From the NCBI RefSeq assembly GCF_009914755.1, contig NC_060927.1: a stretch of DNA of 64,000 bases. One strand, given 5' to 3'. The translations under genes and the position numbers were made by a program. Source of the DNA: the human T2T-CHM13v2.0 reference genome, Homo sapiens. This document shows positions 40,291 through 52,803 of the stretch, piece after piece; position 1 is the first letter of the stretch, and the number at the start of each line of letters is the position of its first letter. The notes beneath the pieces were generated by a model, which saw only the letters and a program-made list of their open reading frames with translations, did not search any database and was not told where the DNA came from.

Positions 40291-40534
40291 AAAGCACGGG
40301 TCTTGCTGTGTACTTGGACTCACCTTCTAACCCTCAGCCCTATGCAGACGTCACCTTAAAAGACCCACCCCAGATTCCATCCGTGTAACATCTTGCCCTC
40401 ACCAAGTCGGGGCAAAGGGTATAAACTCTGATTTGCTTAAGGTAGGAAGTATTGTCTGCTCATCCAAAGCAATTTTAAAGAAGAAGAAAACTTTACAACA
40501 TGCAAATTCAAATCGTAAAAGCTGTTTTAATGAT

Positions 40535-40778
40535 TAATAATAGCCACAGCTAAAACCTGCACAGTGCTTATTGCTTATTCCATGCAGAACATCATTTTAA
40601 GCTCTCTGCATAGATTAACTCACTTAATACAACCACTCTGAAGTGGTTATTATTATTACTGTTATCCCCATTTTACAAATGACATTTTGTTCTCTGTTTT
40701 AGAGACCCCAGAGAGGTTAAACAACCAGCTCAAGATCACACAGCTAGAACATGGAAGAGTCAGAATTTGAACCCAGGG
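40535..40778 (-). mobile_element. MIR
   Basis: atccccattttacaaatga...cagagaggttaa...caagatcacacagcta...gaatttgaacccagg. Confidence 0.8.
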
Positions 40779-41539
40779 CCCATGCTCGAATAGGTCAGTT
40801 CCATTCAACACACATTTGTGGCAGAATAACTCAGAGGTATTAATTTTTTCCTCCCTCCTCCCTTAAAGAAGGTAACAGAGTACTTTATATTTCCTTTCCT
40901 GAGAGATTTCCAGGGCAGAAAGGAGTAACTGCTCCAAGATAACCATTTCTTCTGCTTTTTGTGCAAGGCTGCACTATTCTGGAGATATGAAACCCATGCT
41001 TCCTTACTGCCTACCTTGGCGAATGCTAAAACTCAGAAACAAAAGCTGGAGGTGGGGGTGTCCTTAAGTGTGGAGATTGCAGTGAGTTCTGCCCTGCAGC
41101 CAGCACTTGGTCTCTTTACCAGGGGGCTGCCCTTGGAGCCCCGTGTTGCCAGTGCATACCAATAGCTAGAAGTGTCCCCTGAGCAACATTTGATTGAGGA
41201 CTGATGAAAGAGTCCCTTGTCTCTGATGGGGACATGCTAATGTGTGGCCTCCACACCAGCCCTCCATGCCCTCACACCCTCACCTGACCTGCTTTTCCAC
41301 GCGCCTCCTGGATTTTCCAGGGAACACTTGCTAATAAGGCATATTCACACAAATCCTCATCTCTCGGTCTCTCCTGGAGAACCCTGCATAAGACACCACA
41401 CTCAGGGCTAATGGGCCAGAGAAGAAACAGCATCATCAGGGTCCAGTGGGAGCTGCAGCTTGGTGGAGAGGAAGTCACTGTCCAGGCGGCAGCCCAGGGC
41501 AGGGAGGGAGAAGGGAGGAAGTACTCCAACCACTCTTCT

Positions 41540-41700
41540 GTGCACTGGTTCGCTGGGCCCTCAGCTCAGAACTGGCATTAGTTCACTTCTGCCACATTCT
41601 ACTGGCCCAAGAAAGTCACAGGCCTGTCCAGATTCAATGGGTAGGAACATAGACTCCAGGGAGTGGTGCCAACTTAGGGCCATTTTTATAGTCTGCCACA
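41540..41700 (-). mobile_element. MLT1 (F/G/H-like) LTR fragment
   Basis: ctcagaactggca...cacttctgccacattctactggcc..aagtcacaggcc..ccagattcaa...ctgccaca. Confidence 0.65.
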
Positions 41701-43239
41701 CTATCCATGCCAGTGTACCCCTTGGAAGAGTTTTCTGCTCTCCAGTTTCAAAACTGCTGGGTTACCTAGCATGAGTGAACCAAGGGCACCCAGCTACTAA
41801 GTGGAATCTCGGGAAATGGAGCCCGGGCAGTCAGATTCCATAGCCAGGGTTCTGAACCCATCACTCGCTGCTGTCTTCCTGCATGAGCACAAGGCCTAGG
41901 GCATGTAGGGTACAGTGTACGGTGGTTTTAAATTAGCCACCACAGATATGGAAGAAACATCTTATTTATTCTATAAGAAATAAATGAAACTGGACTCTGA
42001 GCTCTTACGGAGTTGAAGGAGAATTCTATTCCCTTCTCCCCGAAGGCATGCCATGGTCCTGGTGTCTGGTGAGAACACAGCATTCTTTGAGGAGCCTTCT
42101 ATCATCAGCTCACTCTGTGATGCCTAGCAAACAAGCCTGCTGAGGCCACTGGAAACTGACGTGGTGGTGGGGCCTCAGGACCTTATAGACTGGACCTTGG
42201 GGGCTATAATGGCACCCCACAGTCCTTCCCCTCTGAGGCTGTGCAGTTTCCTTGTGGCAATGCTGGAGACCTGAGAAGTCCCCCATCCTTATGTGTCCAC
42301 CATCCTCTGCTCCCTTTGCAGACTGTGGGCTTTCTCTCTTCCTTTGCAAAAGTTTTTCAAAATAGGAAATAAAAATCAATGGAATTTGCACATCTAGTTT
42401 TAGATACTCTCAACTGTCATGGTGTATTGGTTGTAATATTCTTCCTGATGTGGAGGCATTCATTAGGATATCATGGGGGAGGGCAGATATTAATATCGGG
42501 AGGGACAAAAGCATATGCCCCTCAATACCATGCTAGTGGCCTTTCATTTCCTTTCCCAATGACCTGGAGGAAGGGGAGGGGGGTAAGAAGAAACAAGTCA
42601 CCAGACTTGTAGGTCCGTCTTGCTTCCTGCTGTTCACTGGAGAATTGTCTGGCAGATACATGCCCTTTGTTTCCAAGCTGACTCTCTTTTAGAAACTACC
42701 TCAAGCTTCCACCAATCACGAGGGTGTTAACCCTTCTAAAGTCTTCCATTCCTACCCAGAAATTAAGCCAAATACCACAAAGTCAGGGAGTGTCTCCATA
42801 AGTTCTTTCACTGTGCCATCATTAATGGGCTGGACCAAGTAGATGGAAGTGTTCGGGAAGAGCTGCAGTGGAATTGCTTCATGGTGTCCAGTGGACTGAG
42901 GAGAAGAAAAGGTCACCAGGCTATCTCAGTCTGACCTCAGCATCCCCCTTCCCTAGTGTTCTGAAAACAACGCAGCCTCTAGCAGAGGTCTGCACCTTGA
43001 CCCAATGGCTGGCCAACCAGGCTCAGTCTCCATTGCTTCCTGGGCCCTGTGACAAAGAAGTGATGGCAGCCCCACTGGCTCACCCTTCAGTAACCTCTGG
43101 GAACACAGTAAGAGGAAGGGGAATAAACTGAGAAGCTCAGATGGCCATGAACATGCCTTGCATTTTTCCAGGGAACCCATATCTCCATGGTCCTCGATGC
43201 CACCAACTGCTGGCTCATTAAAGGGAGGCATCATCTCTT

Positions 43240-43670
43240 TCTGGAGTAGGTCATTCTCAACTTGCCCCCAGACCCATTCCTTGCTCTTCATGGCCCTGTT
43301 CTTTGTCCTAGAGGCTGACTCCAGGCTCTCTTGCTGGACTTCTAGCTGGGTTTGACCCATGGGAGATGCGGGCAGGAGACTGGGGTAGTGAAGAGCGGTG
43401 AGGATGGTCATTCCCCCTGCCTGCCTCCTGCCTGCTCTGCTCCACTGCAGCCCCTCCTCTCATCAGGCTCAGATCACCGTCTTTCCTCCCCTTTGTCCTT
43501 TCAGTCCTAGGGGTGGCAACAGTTTCCTGATGGTGCTGGTCTCTGGATGCTTCAACATCCCCATCTGTCCCCTTAACCCTGCCCACTCCTCTGGAAGTAT
43601 CCTCTTCATTAAATCCTTTATTTGAACCATCCAGGGTGAATTCTGCTCCCTGTCCAGCCTGACTGGTACA
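43240..43670 (+). mobile_element. LTR33-family solo LTR
   Basis: ctttcagtcctaggggtggcaacagtttcctg...aaccctgcccac...ttcattaaa...cctgactggtaca. Confidence 0.8.
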
Positions 43671-43883
43671 ATATGAGGTGCCTCCCTCCTCTGAAGAGGA
43701 AGCAGGCAACGTCTGTGAGGGCCTGGGCTGTTGGCAACAGGTGCACAAGGAGCGAGAGGGTCCACTTCTCTCCACAAGACCCACCATTACACTGGGCCTC
43801 TCCTGAGCTCTGGTAGAGCCAACTGCTTTTTCCTTAGCTGCAGTGACCCAGGGCTTAATCTGGGCTTAATACAAAGGGCTGCA

Positions 43884-43984
43884 GGCTGGGCATGGTAGCT
43901 CACACCTGTAATCCCAGCACTTTGGCAGGCCGAGGAGAAGGGAGGATCACTTGAGTCCAGGAGTTCAAGATCAGCCTAGGCAAT
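43884..43984 (+). mobile_element. FLAM/AluJ 5' fragment lacking a tail
   Basis: ggctgggcatggtagctcacacctgtaatcccagcactttgg...gagttcaagatcagcctaggcaa. Confidence 0.85.
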
Positions 43985-44647
43985 CTTGGATAAAGGTGTC
44001 TTGGGGTCAAGAGTTCTGCTTCTCTGTCCTGCTGGTTGTGTGGCTTGGGGCCAGTTCCACCACCCCCATGAGGCTCTGTTTTCTTCCAAGGCTCTCCCAA
44101 GGATGCAGCAGGCAGGAGATATGACCTAGTGGGCTCGAAGGAGACAGGTCCAGGTGCCAAAGAGGAGGACTGCAGGCCTACAGAGGGGTGGGGACAAACT
44201 GATGGGCAGACCTGGAGGCCGGCAAATTATTCACAGCAGCCAGCCAGCACAATGCAGCACCTGGTGGGTGCTGGGCATGTTGGCAGCGGTGAAGGGTCCT
44301 GAGGGCTCATAGTTCAGTCACAGGGAGCAGTGCCCTACCCCACCTCCCAAACAAGTAAGAGTCATGGTGCCTGATCCATGTGCTCAGTGCCCAGTGCAGA
44401 TGCAAAATGGTTGGGTGTCTCAGCGGAAGTGCCACAAAGGGGTTATATTCAAGATGGGTTTTTCACTGGGATGAGAAGTTGGTGAGGACATTTCAGGCAG
44501 AGGGAACTGCGTTTGCAAAGCCCGGCTGGGATGAAGCAACATAGTAGAGTAGACGAAGGCAGGCCATTCAGAGCGTCTGAAATGTTGGCGCCAGACAGTC
44601 TGGTGGGGGTTGGGGTAGAGAGGAGAAGCAATGTGGCCATTGCAGGG

Positions 44648-45100
44648 TCTCTCAGGTCAGGTTCCCCAGAAGTGAGCCTGAGACAGGGATTCTTGTGCAG
44701 GTGCCTGGTTGAGGGAGCGCTCACTGGAGAAGGCAGCGAGGGAGGAGGCTGGGGTGGGGGAAGGAACAGAACTAAGATGTTCTCTTGGGCAGGGTCTATC
44801 TGCAGTCCCATTCCCACTGCAGGAGCTCTGGAGCAGGCATTAATCTGGGCTTAAGACAAAGGGCTGCAGGCTGGGCATGGTAGCTCACACCTATAATCCC
44901 AGCACTTTGGGTGGCTGAGGAGGAGGGAGGATCACTTGTGTGTGGTGGGGGTCGGGGTTGGGGCCTGTGGCTGCAGGGACTGGGGTGAACAAGACTCCTG
45001 GGTTAGATGGTTCCTGTATCCACACAGCTGTGGCAGCAGCCACACTCACTGCAGCTAGGGTGCAGGGGCCTGCAAACAAAGGGGATCTGGGCTAAACTTG
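44648..45100 (-). mobile_element. LTR16 (B/A-like) LTR interrupted by a 99-bp duplicated segment
   Basis: caggtcaggttccccagaagtgagcctgagacagggattcttgtgcagg...ggagctctggagc...aaggggatctgggc. Confidence 0.65.
44869..44938 (+). mobile_element. Alu 5' fragment (copy of 43884-43953)
   Basis: ggctgggcatggtagctcacacctataatcccagcactttggg...ggaggatcacttg. Confidence 0.85.
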
Positions 45101-46769
45101 GGAAGCCTTCACCATCTGCCTTCACATCCAGGCTCCTCCTGTGGACCTCTTGCTCTGGATCCCCCAGGAGACAACTAAGCTGGCCTGATCTGCCAGTCAG
45201 CAGGGGGCTCAGCTCCTGAGGCCCGTCAGCATTCCAGATGAACAGAGAGACTCTCTTCCCAGATTGGGGCAGTTGGAAGTGGTGAGCACGGCCACACAGC
45301 GAGAGAAGTCAGGGGAGGTGTCTGACCTCCTGAGAGCAGTGAGGTCTGATGGAGGCTGGAAGAATATGCCCATCAGAGGCATTTCTGGGTGACTTGGGGC
45401 CACTGCCCGCCCTGGTGGGATGGAGGACTGCCTGGCCTCATGCTGCTCCATTCCATAATGGCTGGAACGGCACATGGGGGCCTCAGAGGCCATTACCCTG
45501 CACCTCTGTCATGTGGCCTCTGGCTCAAGGTTACCTTGTAATTGCAGATGCTTGGGCCTGAAGTCAGCATACTCTACCTGCAAAAGAATCAGCAAGATCT
45601 TCCCATTCTGCTTCCTGCCATGTCCACTCCCTGAGTCCCCATATCAGCCTCTCTCACCAGATTCTGCCAGAGCATCAGGCTGATCAGGGAGATGATGCAG
45701 CCTAGAGGAAAGAGCTGGGATTTTGGAGTTGGAAGGGATGGGACTCCAATGCTGATTGTGCCCTTGGACACGGTGCTTTCCTCATTTACAGACTGAGTCT
45801 AAAGGACAGAGTGACCCTTTGTTGAGTGTTTGTCATGGCCCAAGCCCTTTACATGAATCCTCATGGAATCCACATGCACTACATTACAGGTGAGGAGACT
45901 TGGCCCAGAGAGGGCATGGCATGAAATAGGAGCCTGGTTTCATGTCTCTCCCTCACAATGCCCCCTGGGCACCTTAGATCACTCTCTTTCTACAAAACCT
46001 GCAACTATGACTACATAAAATTAGCACCCACGGATGTCGGCTCCTACCTGTCTGTCTAGCATGATCTCTTGACATCCCTGCCCTCACTTTCTATTCTCTG
46101 GACCCAGAGGTGGTCTCTCCGACCTCCAGTCTTTTGCTTCCCCTTGGAATGCCCCAATCCCTGTTTAACTAACTCCCACTTGACATTTAACTTCAGTTCT
46201 ACTGAACCTTCACCACCCAGCCCATCCCAGCCTGTGGCTCTGGGGAGGTCCCTCAGTGTCCTGGGCTCACCTCTGCCACCTCCACAGTACACTGGCCAGT
46301 CACAGTCCACTTGTCCAGCTTTCCTGAAGCTTCTTGAAGCCGTGGCTGCCCTTCATCCCTCTCTAAGTGCCATCCTTGGAACCCATACAGGGCCTGCCAC
46401 CAGGGAGTGACCAACACACAGCAAGTCCCCACAAGCAACCCTGAAATGGAGAGAATGCTCCATTCTGGGATGGCCAGTTCTATGGGCCACACCACTGACC
46501 CAGACTCCACCTGACTCCAAGTCCCTCCTTGCTCTCTGAATATCTTAGGTTAAATTTTGAAAACACCAACTCCTTTAAGTATACCTTCCCAAAGTTTTCG
46601 TTGTTGACATCTGAGCTTTGCAAAAGTGCTTTTTAAATAGTTGTGGTGTTTTTCTTTCTTCCTCTTCTTTTTTTTTTTTTGCTGCTGCTGTTATTATTTT
46701 AGACAATTTTTGCCCCAGTCAGTGCACCTAGAGAGCTTTTGACAAGACTCTGCAAGAATAAAATTGTTT

Positions 46770-46855
46770 TGCAAAGAAAAAGGCGGGAGAGGAGGAAGAG
46801 GAAGAAGAAAGAGAGGGAAGAGAGAAGGGAGAGAAGGAGGGAGAGAGGGAAGAGT
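46770..46855. repeat. Purine-rich (GA) low-complexity tract
   Basis: gggagaggaggaagaggaagaagaaagagagggaagagagaagggagagaaggagggagagagggaagag. Confidence 0.8.
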
Positions 46856-47379
46856 CATGAGCTGCTGCATCTTTAAGGCTCTCAGAAATTGTCCAGTCCA
46901 GTTTCCTTATTTGGCGAATGAGGAAACTGAGGCCCCCAAACAGGAAAAAAAACAGCCAGTCTTTCTTGCCATCAGCTAATGACAGAGCCAGTGCCCAACC
47001 CAGCCATGACGCACAGGGCACTGCAGCAGCTGACAGATGCGCAGAGTGAGTTGATAGAGTGAGCTGGAGTCACTCGGCCCTCGAGTCCTCCTTTCCCTCT
47101 GAAGCTTGTTGCTGGGGAGGATGGGAGGTGAGGTCACCATGTTCCCCCATAACCAGGTCAGGGTCTGCAGTCCCCCCATCTGCATGCAGCAGGAAGCTGA
47201 CTCCTCTCCCTCTGTCCAGCCTTCCAGCACATGTACCCCATCACCAGGAAGGTCCCGCCCTGTGGCACAAAGCCGGAGTATACCTGCTGTTGGAGGAAAT
47301 AAATAAGTAAGGTTAAGAACAAAGACCTCTCAAGTTTCAGCCAAGGTGTGGGCTATAATGGGGGCTGTCTTGTGCCAGG

Positions 47380-47575
47380 AGGTAATGGCTGTAAATCAGA
47401 CCGCACTGGATGGAAATTCTGCTGTGTTTTGAAGTCCATTTGGTCTTATTGCTTGTTCAGCTTCTTAATGCATTAATGATAAAACATCAGAGTGAATATG
47501 TATTCCAAAAAAATTGCAATTAATCAATACTGCACTTATTCCATTTGGCTGCGACTAAGTGGTAAACAGGACTTA
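47380..47575. promoter_or_regulatory. Candidate developmental enhancer (homeodomain/FOX motif cluster)
   Basis: GTAAATCA, TTAATGCATTAA, ATTAATCAATA, CACTTA, TAAGTG and GTAAACA within ~180 bp of non-repeat DNA. Confidence 0.4.
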
Positions 47576-47799
47576 GGCCGGCTCCGTGAGCACAGGCTCT
47601 TCTCTGTCTCAAGGCCTTTCCCGGCAGAGTGAGGATGTGAGGGGGTGTCAACTCCTAAGAAGGAAGCAGCTGGCCCAGAGGTCCTGTGGCCAGGTATCCA
47701 GGTACATGCTCACGCCTTCTAGGGAGAACCAGCACTGTGGGCCTGTGCTACGAAAGACCAGGCAGTACCTCGTCCACACACCTGCTTACTGTCTCTGGT

Positions 47800-48200
47800 C
47801 TTAGGTTAATGCTTGCAATTTTCCCTCTCATCTGTGAAAATATGACATTAGCCCCACACCTTAGTGGGGCTGAGGACAGGAAGCGATTGATCAAAATGGG
47901 TGCCACTGTAAGAATGCAGCAGGTTAACAAGTGTTCCATGCTCATGTAGATGCTGGTCATGCATTAGTTATTATCATTTCCATTCACTCTCACCTCTTAG
48001 CCTCTTGGGATCTCAAACGCATTGTCTTCAGCAAGTGCTGCCTGCCTGATTTCAAGAAAAGCCCAGAGCAATGCTTCAAGTCTGAGTCTTAGACCATGAT
48101 TTTGCAGATAAGGAAATTGAAGCCCACAGAGGTCAAGACCCAAAGTCACACAGCTGGCTAGAGGCAGAGCTTAGTCTTCCCATCCTGGAACTCTGACTTC
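47800..48200. mobile_element. Two MIR fragments (+ at ~47800-47975, - at ~48095-48200)
   Basis: ttccctctcatctgtgaaaatatg; attttgcagataaggaaattgaagcccacagagg...caaagtcacacagct. Confidence 0.6.
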
Positions 48201-50081
48201 TGACCATGCCTGACCTAAGTGATCTGGAATGGCAAAGAGTGAGGTCCCCATGCATAGGATATTCTGCAAATATTTGTTCAAGGTGGATTTAAGGGTGAGG
48301 CTGAGCTCTGTGGTGGGAATGAAGAAGATTATTAACAGCACTGGCATTCACCTCTTACTCAGCTAAACCAAAGCCCTCACTTAGGGGGACCTACACCCTG
48401 GGAGGCTGTTTAGAGAACCTCTGGTGTTTCCCAAGCATTTCTTCAGCAAATTCTTACTGAGTGACCACCTGAGTCAGCCACTAGGCAGTAGAGCATGTCC
48501 CTGGGGAACACAGCTTTCCTCCCCACAGGCAATGTAGCAGAAGATTCATTTCAAACACATGCTGCTTGGCATCTTTGCTTCCTAAAAATTCTGGTAAATT
48601 TAATTTGCTCCATTTTATTCCATCTCAAGCACCTCTTATTGCCTGGCTCCCGTGATCTGCCACTTTTCTGGCCTTAACCCCTGGATGACAACTCCCCATC
48701 ACATAAACAAGGGCATATTATACAACAGCACATTCACTGGTCCAACTTTTCTCAGCTCAGGGGTGTTCTGGAAAATACAGTGAGGTCAGCAGCCCAGGGG
48801 CATGCCGGTGAAAGGGGAAGACACTGGATAGGTGCTCAATAAAGCCTTCTTGCTTAATGTCCTTCGAATGGCTAAAGACTGGACTCATGTCCCCTTTGAG
48901 CCAGGCCCTCCCCATTCCTTCTTCTTTATGTGACGTGCTGTATTAGCTTAGTTCTGTCTTCAGCACTATTCCCAATGGGTCTCTCTCCAACCAAGAGGCT
49001 TTCATCTCCATTCCCACTGCTGTCCACAATGGGCGGGCGGGCGGGCAGGGGCAGTGGGGGTGTCACAGAATCAAATTCCCTAGTGCCACCAGCTGCGGAG
49101 AAGCAAGGGTGGGGGGGTGACTGGTCAGACTGGTGGGTGTTTCATACCAAGCCCTGCTGTGCCCACTGAGTTGGCCACAGCCCCATGTGTTTGCCATGGC
49201 CCAGCTCCTCATCTGGCTGACGAGATGAACTCTTCCCATCGGCCTGATGAGAAGACTCAGGGCTCAGTGTCTGGGTGCTGGCCTCAGGCCTCAGCAGCAT
49301 TTTCTTTTCCCAGGTGTGGCCATTTTCCTACCAGGATGAGCCACACAGCTCAGTAGCAGGGCTAAGTCTCACCGTGCTGTGGAGCCCAGCTCACAGAGCC
49401 AAATCCATTTGCAAAGGAGGGGCTGTCAGAGCTGCTGTTTGTCTTCTCAAGGCTGTGCAGCATCCTGCCTTAGAGTCTCGGCAGCCTTCCAGGGGAGTTT
49501 TGCTTTTAACTGTATTATAGTGGTTGGGCAACTTGGGAAATCTGAATTCCATTGACACATTTACAATCCTCTTGCCTCTCAGATCATGAAGAAACTCCAT
49601 CTCATAGACACAAAGTCTTTCAGAGCTCTGGGCCTCTTAAAGGATAAAAACACTGTCTTATTGGATGGGAAAGTAGAGAATTTCTGGGCAAAATGGCACC
49701 CAACAGTGAAGATTTGGGTTCCTTTTCCTCTTGGCTTTTCACTGAGAGAGCAACTCTCTGGAGTAGACAGTCTCTTGCAACTGAACTTTGTTTACTTCAG
49801 TCACCACCATCAGAGTGATTTTGTCCACAGAGCCCATGAGCTTTTTAAGGGCTACAAAAGTGTCCCAAGGGCTAGGGAAAAACATGTTGGCAAAACAGTG
49901 CTAAAATAAAACTTTATTCGAAATTAATATATTGATAATTAAACAGCTACAAAATTTAACATTTTGTTAGCTAGTCAACTGCAATTCAACTCATGTCCTA
50001 TTTTCACATGTAAATTCTGTTTGCATAAAGGGTGGGCATGTTGTATATCATGTGAGATGAATCCCTGAAAAGTCAGGAGGC

Positions 50082-50620
50082 TGTATTAGTCAATGTCCAT
50101 TGAGGAAAACAGAATGGTCCAGGCCAAGTAGTTGAGATGAGGGGGATTTAATATGGGAAGGGCAAAGGGTCAGAAGAGTTAGCTGCAAAAGAAACAGGAG
50201 AAGGAGAGGCAACCGAGAGTTTAGCTACAACTAGAAGCCACCATCACCCCTTGGGCTGGAAGGGTCAAAGGAGGAGGGGATACTCCCAAACTTGGGTTCT
50301 AGGGGCCACTAGATAGGACTTGGAAGGAGAGGATACAGTGGGAGGCCTGTTGACAGAAGGAGCTGGACCCATGGAGAACATTCAGCCATTGCCAGAAACA
50401 CTACCTGGAGCAGGGATAGTGGGGAGAAGTACCCTGGCTCCTCCCTGTCTCTCCTCTCCCAATCTCTCCCCAGAGCCTTTTGATAGCCACACCTATCTGC
50501 AAGCCAGTGAGCAAGAACTCCAGGACACTCATTCGCAGGGCTCACCCCTCTACGATGCAGAGAAGAATGGGAAACAGGACACGGCAGGGATATGAGAGCA
50601 AACCAGCAAGTGGCCCTACC
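50082..50620 (-). mobile_element. LTR33-family LTR
   Basis: tgtattagtca...gaagccaccatcaccccttgggctggaagggtcaaagga...gaagtaccctggctcctccctg. Confidence 0.65.
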
Positions 50621-50962
50621 CGTAGCTTAGGAGGGACATTGACAAGCAGAAGTGTGCTTGTAAGAGAGTGACAAAGGTTGTGAGGGACTCAGGTGCCAAT
50701 CTTATGAAGAAGAGGCAGGAATCATGAATTGTTGGCTGAACACAGACTTTCAAAGTTCAACCTAGGGAAGACTTCCTTTCAGAGTGTCCAGAGAAGAAGA
50801 GGGCTGCCTTAGGAGGCAGGGAGGGATGAAGGCTAGGAAGGGGAGCCGGGTCAGATGATTTCACAGACCCATTCATTCCCTGAGAGTGTGATCCTGCACT
50901 CCACCACCATGATGCTGAGAGCCGGTCCATGTGGCACTGGCTAGACTAGAATGATAACACAT

Positions 50963-51440
50963 ATATTGATGAGAGGTTTGCTGCAAAAATGACCCATAAC
51001 AAACAGCCCTGATAGCTCAGTAGCTTACAGCAACCACTGATTTTGTACCCACCATGTGCTGGTTGGCTGTGCTTTGGCTGGTCTTGGCTGGACTCAGCCA
51101 AGTTTAGATGAGAGGGGCTCACTCAGGGCATCAGGTTGGGACCAAGACTGTCCCACAGGTAGAGTGAGCTGTCCCAGCTTTCTGCTGGGGCTCAAGCTGG
51201 CTTCAGGAATGTGCTTTTCTTGTGGCAGAGAGTGGAAATGCCAAGAGGACTGGCAGGAACGTGCTATCTGCCTAGGGCCTCAGCTCAGAATGACACACTC
51301 TAACTTCCATCCTCTTTCCATTGGCCAAAGCAAGCCATATGGCCAAAGCCAAAGTTAAGGGTAGAGGATCTGCCCACGGGAAAGTCATATCAAGGGATAG
51401 GAGGGTAGCAACGATTTCAGACAAGTAATACAATCTACCA
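50963..51440 (-). mobile_element. MLT1G/H-like LTR
   Basis: ctcagtagcttacagcaac...ggcctcagctcagaa...ccattggccaaagcaagccatatggccaa...caatctacca. Confidence 0.7.
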
Positions 51441-51469
51441 TGGATAAAAAGAATATTTTAATAGTAATG

Positions 51470-51710
51470 GGGCAGTATAGCAGAGTGGTTAAAGGGTTTG
51501 AGCAAACTGGCAAGGGTTTGAGCTCCACCTCTGCTACTTCTGGACAAAATGGCCTTGGGCAAACTCTCTGGGCCTCCTTTTCCTCATCCAGAAAATGGGA
51601 AGCCTAGTATGCAGACCTTCCAGTGTGGCTGTGAGGGAGCGCTGGGCTGACAGATATGAAATGCTGAGCTGGGTGTCTGGCATCTAAGAAGAGCCTAATA
51701 GATGCTGGCT
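51470..51710 (+). mobile_element. MIR
   Basis: ggcagtatagcagagtggttaaag...ccttgggcaa..ctctctgggcctccttttcctcatc..aaaatggg. Confidence 0.75.
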
Positions 51711-52359
51711 GGTACGTTGTTAGGAAGAATCTATTGAAAATTGTGCCTTCTGGAGACAAGGCATGCAGCAAAGGTGAGGGGAGAAACATTTCAGGGAAAT
51801 AATTTGAAAATCTCTGCATGGTAGGCTTATGAAAAAAGGAAATACCTCAGTAACTGAGTCATCCCCTGAGCTCTGGGAACAGAAAGCCTGCAGGCTGGCA
51901 CTGTTCTCCACTGCAGAGTTGACAGCTTGTTGGAGGAGGAGTGGCACAAGGTGGGGAGGGGGGCAGATTTCCTCTCCTGACGACTTGCTCTGGTTCACCC
52001 ACAGCCCCATGCACATAAAGGTCCAGTTTCTGGAAGCAGCCTTAGAAATTCTGTGGAATTTCTGGGTCCCAGGAACTGCCACTTTGCAATTTGAGAATTT
52101 AAATATATGTAGATGCTTAGTCTTTTCTTTTACAGAAAGATACAAATTCCTCCAAAAATACATCGTCCTCAATCATTTTTTATTCTTGTGCCTACCCAAA
52201 TCAAGCCCTAAGCTGTTGAAAGAAAGAAAGTAAATAATAGGGAAAGAGACAAGCAAAAACCAAATCGAAGTTTCAAAAACCAGGTGAAAATCCCACCAGT
52301 TATGAGATGGCCTTGATTGGGGGCCAGGAGGGCAGGCGTGGGTTTCCCGGGTCTCTATG

Positions 52360-52540
52360 TGACACAGTGGTTAGAACATGTCTTTTGGAGTCAAATTGCC
52401 TCAGTTCAAACCCCATCTCTGCTGGCCCCCAGATATGAAACTGGGTAAACAAGCCCTTATGAATCAGAATCCTCATCAGTTAAAATCAGACGATGTTAGC
52501 TTCTTTCTCACAGGTAATTGCAAAGTTTGCAGGAGATACT
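52360..52540 (+). mobile_element. MIR
   Basis: acagtggttagaacatg..tttggagtcaaattgcctcagttcaaacccc..ctctgc. Confidence 0.65.
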
Positions 52541-52803
52541 AGTGGCTCTTGAAGCACTTGCTATGTGGTGGCCACATGCATTGCTTTTCTTTGTGAAGGA
52601 TCAACACAGTTGATAAGCACTCTATTAGCCAAGGTCAAGAATTTTATTTCCACATGGCAAACAGAGTGTTTGCTTTGAGAAGAGATCAGGAGGGATGAGG
52701 AGGCATGCTGAACAAAATACAACTGCTGGCCAAATTCAGCCCATGGAACCAGTCTGCTGGTTCTCAGCTTTGGAGGCTCAGCAATTAGATTTGTTAATAT
52801 AAC

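Noticed and set aside
39652-40359. 235-aa + strand ORF
   Set aside because: Starts at a TTG inside LTR16A and has no recognisable domain; its Ser/Pro/Leu-rich composition is typical of chance ORFs in GC-rich DNA.
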